From Macrostomum lignano (Eukaryota), in the NCBI GenBank assembly GCA_002269645.1, contig NIVC01003437.1, positions 14,709-78,708 of the forward strand: a DNA stretch of 64,000 bases, written 5' to 3'. Positions within the stretch are counted from its first letter, which is position 1. Each line of letters begins with the position of its first letter. The notes under the pieces were generated by a model. The model had not been told where the DNA came from and did no database searches. It worked only from the letters and a program-made list of their open reading frames with translations. Shown here piece after piece: positions 26,043 through 36,600 of the stretch. The position numbers and the translations under genes are program-made.

Positions 26043-27457
26043 TTAGCACTTCAATTTCATCAGAGTGCGCTGCATTGGGACGAATTTCCTGTGCAAGTAG
26101 AAGCTGTTGTACGTTGGATTGTTAGTGATCTTCCTGTCAGTGGCGTAGGCTCCGTTCAGGTTCAGGCTATGGCACCTGCTAAACCACCAACCACCGTAGC
26201 CAAACTTTCGAGAGCACGAATGCTTCCAAGTGTCGTGATCTCGGTCGAATGTGCTAAACCTCATCTCGTTGTGCGCCTGAAACCCGTTGCCCAACACCGA
26301 CCTGCCGACCTGCAGTCCGACGCGCAGGCGGTACTGCTGCTCAGGACCGAGCACTTGGAACATTCTGAACTCGGCTCTGTACCTCCCGCCTCTAAAGCTC
26401 TGGACCTCGATTCTCAACCGGCACCGGGAAGTCAGGGGGGAGCCGTTCTTTTCACCTGTTTTCGTCATCTCGGACAGACGGTCCAAGCCTGTGGTTTGGA
26501 AATAGAGAATAAACCACTATCAATTCCAAGTATTTTTGTAAAACTTTCTAAAACTGTAAAATAAAGGTTTGAAATTTCATGAAAAGAACCGGAAGGTAGT
26601 TGACTAGGTACCTGAAGTTCTTTATCAACTAATTATGCAAGCATGGAAGGAGTTTAGATACAGAACGAGCGTAGAAATCGACGACGGAAGAGCCCCGGAA
26701 CGAGGGCTTTCTAATTGCATTTTATATCCACTGATCAGCTCAACTAACCCATCCAGTAGTTGGAGCTGGGATTTCCGAATCCCTTCACATAGGAGTCCCA
26801 GTTCTGAGCGAACGAGAGGCTGCCGTCGACCCGCCTCTGGAACACGATCCAGCGGTGCCGGTTGCAGCTCAGCCTCGGCAGGTTGGCGCTGCTTCTGACG
26901 CCGAACCTCACCGGAATGCTGCCGACTCTGCCGAGAGCTTCGAACTGCAGCGCCCGGCCAATGTCCGACGGGTTGCTCACGAGCTCGTTTCTGAGATGCT
27001 GGCACCTGCGAAACGAGCTGCACAGGAAGACGAGGTCGGCCCTCCTGCCCGAGTTTTTTACCTTCACCATCACGGAAAGCCCGGACTGTCGGCTGGACAA
27101 GCCTCGGTCCGCCTTCACATTCAGCCCGATGATTGACACGCGGTCGACTTTCTTCGACGAGTCCTTAAGCGATCGGCGCGAGTTTGCATCGATGCGAATC
27201 GGCAGAGTCAGCTGGTACTTCTTGTACACCCAGCTGAACTTCACGGCACTGCATGAGGACTGGAAAGCAACTCTCGGCTCGGCAACGCGAACGCCATCGA
27301 TTTCAAAGACGCCCAACTTCGATCCTTTGAATGTGGTGGTGCCGACTCGAGCGAAGCTGCTCACGTCCATGTAACCCGACTGTCCGTTGGCATCTGCAGA
27401 AACCGTGCAGCAGGCGAGACCCAGCAGAACGGCGGTGAGCAGAGTCCAGGATTGCAT
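26043..27457 (-). CDS. Secreted fibrinogen-related protein (FReD); join(26749..27457,26043..26488), 384 aa
   Basis: Signal peptide MQSWTLLTAVLLGLACCTVSA; FReD motifs WIVFQRRVDGS, WDSYVKGFG, YWMGLDRL, FSTFDRDHD, GGWWFSRCHSLNLNG; phase-1 intron G|GTTAGT...cacag|GC; AATAAA on the minus strand near 25840. Confidence 0.9.
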
Positions 27458-28344
27458 TTTGGCTGCAAGTTGAGCTTGTTAGAGTCGTTGACTGAGTTCT
27501 AACCGATGCGATGAGGGCCGCGGCAAGACTAGGAATATATATACCCGATTGACACTGCGCTGAGAGGATTCGCATATCCGTATTATCCAGATGTCCATGT
27601 ATCTGCATATCCGTATTATCCATATGCCAATATATCCGTATATCCGTCTTTCTGTATTTCGCTGTATGGTGTTTACAAACTCATAAGAAAGAGCCACGCA
27701 GAAAACGAGCCAAGAAAAGAAGCGCAGAGTGAGTCGAGGCCAGTTTAAGTATAATAGTGGCACAATGAGAAAGCTGGAGCGAATAAATGAGAATATGAAG
27801 GCCCACAGTGGAAGGCAACTGGAGTGTGACAAGACTACAGCAGCCGCCATCCATTCCAGACAGAAGAAAAGGCGAGACGGCGAGTTTGGGCGAGGCGGTT
27901 GACAGGCGAGGCCAGTCAGCAGCAGAAGATTAATGAGCGCAGCACGTGGCCGGGCCGGAGTCCGCCGGAGGGTGAGGAGGAGCGAGCGCACCCAAGACCG
28001 GCGGCGGACCCCGAGAAGCGCAGCAAGCGAGGGGGTGGACCTGCGAACCGAGTCACAAAATGCTCAAATAATGACCTCCTCTAATTGCTCCAACTCAAGC
28101 AAAGAAAAAACACTCAACACCAGCTCCTCGCCCCGTCGAAACACACAAGTTTAATGTTTTGAACCAGAGAAAATCTTGATATAATTGTTTTTTAAGCTCC
28201 TGCCATTTCTGATCACGACATTGGCGGCAGGGGATGGAAAATCCAAATGCCTATGAAATAGATGAGGCCTCAGTTCTGAGCGGTACAACTCGCCGTTATC
28301 CGTAGCTTCCTGAAATTTCTTGCTACAGTTGCATAATCAAACCC

Positions 28345-28525
28345 CAATATTTATTTGTGAGAGCATGCAAAAGTGCCGTGACTCGTCGTGGCATCCTGAT
28401 CACCAGCCGGTTGATGAACTCCCGGGGCAGCTGCTGCCAGGCATTCAGCACCGCCAGTCGCAACTGTTCAGCATTCTGTGGGGCATCCTGCTGAACTCCT
28501 CTGTGGGGCACCCTCCTCTTTAACT
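28345..28525 (-). mobile_element. Tc1/mariner transposase C-terminal fragment
   Basis: LKRRV..PQNAEQLRLAVLNAWQQLPREFINRLVIRMPRRVTALL..KY matches the typical Tc1 C-terminus (L...l..aW..ip...i..Lv.SMprR..av). Confidence 0.7.
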
Positions 28526-28662
28526 ACTGATTGTTTACCATTGCGCAATGCAGCAACCAGTGGGTTGAGTTGCGCCACCCCCTCTCCGAATCCCCCATGC
28601 CGCACTTTGCGCTTGCGTCTGGCGGCGGCAGCCTTCACACATTTCTGAGTCACCGATGGCAT

Positions 28663-29441
28663 TGTCACGTTATTGGCGTAGAGGCTATGACCCTTAGAAG
28701 GGCCGTTTTACGAGAGTTGTCGTAAGTCGTAGTCCCAAAATGAATCGAGTCAAGTCTTGAGAAGCGGATTGTGTAGCGGAGCACTTGGCGTACAAGGCAG
28801 GGAACTGCCGTAGTTGATTTATTGTTGAGATCAATATTCGAATTGGTTAATGTCAATATAGAACTTATTGCGCTTTGGGACACTGGCGGCTGCAACAATG
28901 GTTTTGAATTGAAGGTGAGTTAGAAATTGCAGTCGAGTGGCAGGCGAGTGATGCAAGGCGATGCAACGTGGTGAGTAACGGCGATGAGCACAGAAGAGGC
29001 AGATGCGTAGTGGTGAGATTGGCGTTAGCCGTGGCAGACAGTGGCAGGTAGTGTAAACAGGCTGGCCCAGACAGAGGAGAGATAAGGGGGGCTCGAGGCA
29101 GCCCGAAACCAGACAGAAGGCAGGAGAAGGAGCGAAGGAGAAGAAGGTGAGGGGCCCGCCGCCAGGCGGGGGTTAATAAAGAGCGCAGAGGGCTAGCAAA
29201 ATACACGCGGAGATTTTTCATTGGCTGGCGAGAGAACTTGAAATTATCGATCGTGCCAAAATTCACAGACGAGCGCAAGGCCTACCAAATACACAGTGAA
29301 TTAGCAGTTGATACAGATTATTTGCACGCTACTACAAGTAAACGTTAAAATAAACTATTGGAGAAATTAAAATGAGAAATTGCAAGGGAAACTATAGTCC
29401 AACGGCCCTTTTGCGGGACCACTTAAACTAGCAACGTCACA
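28663..29441 (-). mobile_element. Solo LTR (779 bp) with 4-bp TSD GCAT
   Basis: TGTCACGTT...AACGTCACA termini (8/9 inverted match), GCAT on both sides; on the minus strand CCAAT, TATA-like TTTATTAA, a CT-rich tract and AATAAA occur in U3-R-U5 order. Confidence 0.85.
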
Positions 29442-32275
29442 GCATACAAAACTTTTAGGCCGTGTGACAGCGTGAGTGGGGGGGGTTTAGCTGTTGCTGA
29501 GTATATATGGACGGAGACTCCAAGCTAGGTTATAAGTAAACATTAAAATCAATTTAACTATATAATAAAACACAGCGAATCGCGATCTTGGTTGTAAAGC
29601 TGCCGACATTACGGCTGGGGAGAAGAGTAGGCTCTGAGATTCATACTGCTAGCGGAAAAATATAGCAAAAAAGATGCTGATGTCGGAGACAGAGTATAAG
29701 GCTCTAGCCGGCCGCTAACTAGAAACTTACGAGCCTACATATGAGTAATAATAACTCCGCTAAAACAAACGAGGTAGACGGTAGTTTCCGATTAACCAAA
29801 TAGTAAATTTGATAACTTCGTTTTACGGTTTGAATAAGTAAGTAGGTAAACAGATAAGCGAGCTACAGGCAGAGAGAATAAGTCCGAGACACTACGGTAT
29901 AACTAAGCTACTCCAATAATCTATCTCGTATTGTATATAGCTTACGCCTATCTACTTGGTCTGAGACCAATACGCTAATATTCATATATCAATAGCCATG
30001 GCAGTGCTCAGTCTTACCCACCATTCACAGGTGTCTGCAGAAGCAATAGGTACGCTTAGATCACAACAACGATGTGCAAACGAGTTTTTCAAGCAAGTCA
30101 GAAGTTAGTAAAGCGAGTAAAGATTAGGCATTTAATTCCTCGCTTATTTATAGTGAAATTTCCCGATGCAGTCACTGCAAAACTGTCCGCGTTAGCAACT
30201 TCTCACGCCTTCCAGACATCGTCGCAATTCCGGCCGATTCCCATGGTCTCCCTCACTCTTGCGACGTCTGGAGTGTCTCAGTGTTCAGAATGTAATTAAC
30301 CCCCCCACCCCCACATAAAGGCATGCAACCCTTTAAAGTGGAAGCAGACTTTTAGGGCGGCCTGCACTCGCCCTTTGCACTGCCGTCCTCGAGCGCTTGT
30401 GGCATTTTGTAAGAGTGCAGCTGTCCTCAACTGCTACGCTCCACCACACTCTGATAACAGTGCAATTCCCTAATAATTCCCTAAAACCTAAAACCTAAAA
30501 CCTAAAAGCGAAGTCTTATTTGTAATAGTTCTTACGATAGTTCCTAAATGACAGTCGATTATCATCCCTATCAGTAGTGATGGCATTCACACTGTTTATA
30601 AATGTTACGATTTATATAAGGTGTCAAATGCAACTAACAAGTGGCGGTCGTAGGAAAAAGGAAACAAGGACCCGAGGATAGCAGATCCCAGTGGGTGAAT
30701 GTATTTTGTGGCAGAAGGGTTCACATAGCGAGCGAGACGAGACGTGCACTGCGGTGACGGTTCTTCATCTCTCTGCCTCTCCTCTTACTTGATGCCGATA
30801 CCCGCCTAAGGCGCTGTGTACTGCTGACTCAGTGTCTTGGGTTGGCTGACAGCCACGGAATAGAAGATATGATGATTTTCTGCGGCTTACATATCTGCCC
30901 CACAAAATAAAATGAGAGAGTCCAGCGGTGAGAGTCCGATAGACAATGCGGTGAGGGACCGATAGACGATGCGGGGAAAGTCAGACAGACGATACGGTGA
31001 GATCAGTCCTAACCTTAAGCACAGAATGCAAGACCACCAGTTAACTATGTCCCTTGCCCTTCAGACTGTCGATATTTTCAAAAATGTTTCTAGAAGGTCG
31101 GATGTTTTGACAACGATAATTTGTAACGATTGACATTCAAATTAGCATGAAGTCCTAATAATCAGCAAATAAAAAACACACAGAAAGTCTCACGAGAATA
31201 CAAATGCGTTAGGTTGGAATTATTTTATTCAAATTATTAAGACATTTTATTCAAATATTGTCAGCGAAAGAGCGGTGCAAAAACTTTGACAGATTCGTTG
31301 GTTTCTAAATTGATAAAATTCGATTTAATGTCCGGGTTGCTACCAAAAAATTAAACATATTTCATAAACAATGGTGATATAAATATTGGTTTAAATCGCC
31401 TGATTAAAACGACAGATAGCATTTCATATATTAGTTAAACAAACAATCTTGGGATCGATAAGCTTTCTTGGAAGAATTCAATTAAGTGTCTTTCATAGCA
31501 GAGTAAAACAAGCTAAAAACGATAGTCTTACAATGATTTCAACGCCTTTATTTCAATTCGCCATCGCGCTATGCTACTTAAAACTGTTCAGTAGTGCAAA
31601 CGGACTCTTATAGATATAAATTAAAAACAGGCACTTGTCTAGGAAAAACTAAAGGCATATCTCTTACAAACAGTATTTGAACTTAAAACAAAAAATACAC
31701 CAACGAAAGTACAAGCTAAAAATATAAGGCCATCTTCCTGAACCTGGCGTGACCTGTAAGTTAAGCACAAAGTTAGTCTGTGATATTAAAGTACATGTAC
31801 ACGTGGTATGAAAATCAATATTAGAGTAATTTAATTAGTATAAGATGTTATTTTGAGATCCGAGAAAGCTCAGCGTCATTGAATATGAATATTAGCTATC
31901 AGCTGTTGAAAATACTCAGAAAAAATCTCTTTGAGACATCTCATCACCCAAAAATCAAGTAAACAAATTTATAGTCAGGAACTTTTGGTGTGTGCTACTA
32001 ATTCTCTCTTCAATTGTATATTTCTGCATTTTCTAGGAACTTATTGAAGTGTGGTCGTAGTTAACACCGAAAAGTTTTCCAGAATTCTACATGTAATTTA
32101 TGAGTGTTTTTTTAGTTCTAAAAGGATTCGACCTAGAAATGATACAAGTCTTTCTGAAGCTATCCCAAATATTTATATGTAGATTTGTTAGAATTTGCGA
32201 AAATCTAAAACCGAACATTTATTGAAGCCGAAACTGCCGCTAAAAAAGTTGTTTTACAAAACTCTACTGTTGCTG

Positions 32276-34325
32276 CTACTGAGGCGGTGACGTTGTCCGG
32301 GTGGCAGCACTTCCGAACGGATTCTTCGGCTCCACAGTGGTCACCACGCTGGACAGATTGCCGAAGCGACCGTGGCACGTCGATGAAGTCGACGCGGGTC
32401 TCGCTGGCATCGCCGGATGAGCGACGCTGCTCACCGACTGCTGCTGCTGCTGCTGCTGACTTGTTCGAGGCCCGACGCTGGACTGCACCGCAGCTCGACG
32501 TCCCGTGTAGCCGGGGATGTCGGTTGGACTGCAGCGAGCAGTGATTGGAAAGGAAGATTGGCTAGGAATATGATCTGGTTGAAAATTATTTTCTGAATAC
32601 TTTGAGGGTGTTTCGGCTACAAGCATACGAAATGAAGGATTTAAAATGCAGGAATGAGCGTCGCGCGATGGGGGACTGATTTGGAGGAGTTTAAAATGGG
32701 GTTAGTGTGTGGCGCCACCTAGCTAGGCGCGATAAAGGGTTGATTTGGAGAAGTTTGAAATGGGGTGGGTGTGTGGTGGAACTAAGATAGGCGCGATAGG
32801 GGTTGATTCGGAAGGGTTAGAAATGGGATGGATGTGTGGCGGCACTTGGGCGCGATAGGGGTTGATTCGGAAGGGTTAGAAATGGGGTGGATGTGTGGCG
32901 GCACTTGGGCGCGATAGGGGTTGATTCGGAAGGGTTAGAAATGGGGTGGATGTGTGGCGGCACTTGGGCGCGATAGGGGTTGATTCGGAAGGGTTTGAAA
33001 TGGGGTGGGTGTGTGACGGCACTTGGGCGCGATAGGGGTTGATTCGGAAGGGTTTGAAATGGGGTGGGTGTGTGGCGGCACTTGGGCGCGATAGGGGTTG
33101 ATTCGGAAGGGTTAGAAATGGGGTGGATGTGTGGCGGCACTTGGGCGCGATAGGGGTTGATTCGGAAGGGTTTGAAATGGGGTGGATGTGTGGCGGCACT
33201 TGGGCGCGATAGGGGTTGATTCGGAAGGGTTTGAAATGGGGTGGGTGTGTGACGGCACAATTAACTAGGCGCGATGGGGGTTGATTAGGGTTAGTCTAGA
33301 ATCAGGTGGGTGTGTGGCGGAAATATCGAGGCCGGATAGAGGCGAGGCGAATGGACCCACTGTGCCAGTGAGGCAATAAAACCAAATCGAGCTTACGCTC
33401 CGCTGACACCAAACTTAGGCTGCGGATTGCGCAGCACAGTGTAGGGCCGAAGCGGCTCGTACGGGTTGTCGATTTCTTGCGGATTGTCGGCGCCAACCCA
33501 GCCCGAGTAGGTTGGCAGATGGTTGGTGCGACGGGCCACGCTGCAGCTGCAGTTTTAAATAAAAAGATGTAAGATATTTGTTAATATATTTTCGGCTGTT
33601 CCCAAGGCAATGATACTTGGGTGGGTGTCTTGGGGTACTTACTAGGTGTATGGCCGCTGCCGATTGTAATAGTCGGGCCTCAGCTGCTTGAAGTCCCAGG
33701 TTAGACCGCGCTCCTGTGTGTAAAGAAGAGTATTAACGAGTAAATTGGTTTTCTTGAAAGGTGCTCGATAGCTAATGAAAGATTCCGGATAGTTAAGGTA
33801 GATACGGGATAGGCGGAAGTGATATCTAATAGCTGGAGAAGATACCCAGTAGACGGATAAGATACCCAATAGACAGAGAAGATACTCAATAGACCGAGAA
33901 TGAAGATACCCAATAGAAAGAAAAGATACCCAATAGAAAGATAAGATACCCAATAGACAGAAAAGATACCCAATAGACAGAAAAGATACCCAATAGACAG
34001 AAAAGATACCCAAAAGAAAGAAAAAAACCCAATAGACAGAAAAGATACCCAATAGACAGAAAAGATACCCAGTAGACAGAGAAAATACCCAATCCCAATC
34101 TCAGAGAAACTACCCAAATCTCACCTGAGAGCACCAAGTCTGAGCTGGTGGCAGCGTCTTTTTTGAATTGTTGGTCAGCGACACGGGGTCAGCGTGGGCC
34201 TCCAAGGTGTGGGTTGGCGGGAAGCGCTTGTAGCCGCCTCTTGGCATATCCTCGGCTGGCACGGCCTCGTACGCGCTAATAGTAGTGTGTATCGGGTAGG
34301 TAATGCGAAATTTAAATAGTAACTT
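32276..34325 (-). CDS. SPATA48: SPATA48/SPMIP7-like microtubule inner protein, 5'-incomplete; join(34125..34325,33643..33713,33397..33546,32276..32528)
   Basis: Four exons joined by phase-compatible GT-AG introns (phases 0, 2, 2; donors GTGAGA, GTAAGT, GTAAGC). Motifs HLPTYSGWVG, DIPGYTG and LSSVVTTVEPKNPFG recall the SPATA48 domain (IPGYTG..LSRLVTTVRPYNPF, from memory). The first acceptor and upstream exons are uncertain. Confidence 0.6.
32690..33290. repeat. 59-bp minisatellite (~10 units) in an intron of the SPATA48-like gene
   Basis: Unit gggcgcgataggggttgattcggaagggttagaaatggggtggatgtgtggcggcactt. Confidence 0.95.
33835..34100. repeat. ~20-bp minisatellite in an intron of the SPATA48-like gene
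   Basis: Unit agatacccaatagacagaaa and variants. Confidence 0.9.
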
Positions 34326-35109
34326 CTGTCTAAATGACCTAAGCGTGTTGAACAAAAATGTTCTTGTGCGTCATCACACAGGGCCGGAAATAAACAAGCA
34401 AAAATGCTGATTTTCCGTTGAATGCGTTGCATCATAAATAAAGTTTTCTTTAAATAACTGTGTTTAAAATAAATAGTCGTTATACTACTTGTAAACTACT
34501 TAGTTTTAGTGTGGAAAGTATGCTGAAGTATAATGAAGGTGATTACGAACTTTGAATCGGCTCAAATCGATAGAGAAAGCATGCTAATAAAAATATATTA
34601 ATCTACTAGATAGTTTGGCATAAAACAATGAAACCATATTTTATGGGGATGCTAGCAAACAGCGACAAAGACTCTTGACAAAGGCTTGATTGCTGGAAAA
34701 AGAGGCATCATGTCCGTAATTCTGCTGTTTGAGTTTACACGTCGTCACTGGCTCCTGGCCACTACAACCAAACTCTTGGCTGCTTATGCCTACTAACGTG
34801 TCTAACGTGTCTAACACAGCATGCCTGACGATTTGAAAGTCAGCTGGCCACTGTACATGATGTGTAAGCATCTGTATGAGTACTGTGCCTGCGTACAGTT
34901 ATTGGCATGCTTGCATGTGCCGATGGAGTCAGCGGAATGGGCAGAATTCTCGGAAAATGTCGGCCAAGTCGTTGAGCCAGGGTGTCCGCGCAAGCCCTCT
35001 TGCAAATAGTTTTTATTATTTAGCCCGACCGAGACAATGGGTCGTACTATGAAGCTGTCGTAGCGTAAGTTCGATCGTACGTCGGAACTTTTACACTGCG
35101 GAGAAACTA

Positions 35110-36295
35110 CTGAGCTGCCACACGACAGAGAGCTGTGCAGCTGCCAGCATGGTCGCTGAGCATCGCTGGTGTCTGCTGGCGACTGCCGAGGCCTTCCTCA
35201 CTGCATGGCTGTACGGACACGGCCAGTGCGACTCGTTTGTGAACAGGCGGAGGCTGGTAAAGTTCCAGCAGGGTGAGGAGTCATGAGTGACTGCAGCTGT
35301 GCCCATGCAGTGTGTGACTGCAGCTGTGCCCATGCAGTGAGTGACTGCAGCTGTGCTCACATCGTTATCGAATTGCAGCTCACACGACCGACCTGCCCAG
35401 CAGCATCGCGGTGAGCTCGCTGCGGATTCTGTACCACTTCCGTGTGGGCTCGTTCAACCTGGCGCCTGTGCACCGCAATCCGCACACTCCGGTGCGTGTC
35501 TGCTGTGCTCAAACGGTCTGCGGGCGCTTTCGTGACGGGAGAGTCTGGCTCCTTCATCGGTGTGAGCACGGCCGATGGAATCGAGGACCTGTTTGTGCCC
35601 GAGCCCAACGTGACCGTGTTCATGCGAGCCAAGTACGAATTCAACTCGAGGTGAGTACTTTAGAAAGTACATCTGTAACATAAAAGTGTAGTTGGTTGCA
35701 AATAAGAATTTTAAAGTGATTGCCACCAACCGCACATTTGCTTTCCGAACCCATCGCTTGCAGTGCTGCACGCTCGGTGGTTTTCAGCCTGCACAATTGC
35801 AGTTTTGGAGGTTTCGCAAGCCTGGTGTTGTTTGATCCTGAAAAAGACAAGCTCATCTTTCGCTTCGACGATCCGTATGAGCAGAAGAAGCGACGGTTCA
35901 TTGATAGTTCCGGAAAATTTCCACACACCTCTGGCAGTGCCTACAACTCCATGGGCTACATCTTCGATGGCTCGGAGTGTTCGACCTACTTCGAAGGCGG
36001 ATTGGAGCGACTTGAAACAATCAGGAACGGATCGGTGCTAAGCAATTCATCCAAGTCAAACAAGGCGGAGTGCCTGAGCATCGGAGGAAAAATTGCACGG
36101 TTTCAGAACTCGATTCAAGGCTGGATTGAATGCTTTGCCATTGCGGAGGGTCTGTTCGATCTGCAGCAGCTCGATGGACTCAGCAGCTGGTGCAAGAATC
36201 TGATTCCAAAGTCAGGTGTGTTAGGCACCTTAGTCTGCAATTCTTTAAGCACACGAGTCCAACATCGAAACTGTTTATCGTTATTGCATGCCTAA
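35110..36295 (+). pseudogene. PAN-LamG copy 5 (class II exon 3), 5'-truncated and frameshifted
   Basis: Homology starts abruptly at ctgagctgccac (35110), mid-PAN domain; exon 2 (35379-35650) is 272 nt versus 274 nt in other copies (ccggtgcgtgtc vs ccggtgctcgtgtc); exon 3 (35764-36295) is intact and near-identical to copy 4. Confidence 0.85.
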
Positions 36296-36339
36296 ATGAT
36301 CACATGCGATAATCCATTCTATCACGAGCACTTTCCTTT

Positions 36340-36600
36340 GGGGTTGTAGCCTATAGTGGTTAGAGCGTCGGACTAACGACTAAAAGATCGAAGGTTCGAT
36401 TCTCGACCAACTCGTAACAATTTGTGTCCTTGAGCAAGACAATGCATTGGTTCAGTCCACCCATCTGTAAAATGGGTGCCAGCAATTCCACTTGGGCTAA
36501 ATAGCCATTTAGACAGCATTCAGATGCGCAGCCCAATAGCTGCGGCTGAGCTGTCGGTTGTACATCTGCCCATTGGGGCAGGTGCCATCAATCATTATTA
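36340..36600 (+). mobile_element. tRNA-derived SINE, paralogous copy of 16287-16595
   Basis: Same insertion point downstream of the PAN-LamG stop codon; A/B boxes and tgtgtccttgagcaagac core retained. Confidence 0.75.

Noticed and set aside
27825-28056. TGTGAC...GTCACA-bounded segment as a mini-LTR
   Set aside because: Flanks (ggag / aaat) give no TSD and there is no second copy in the window.
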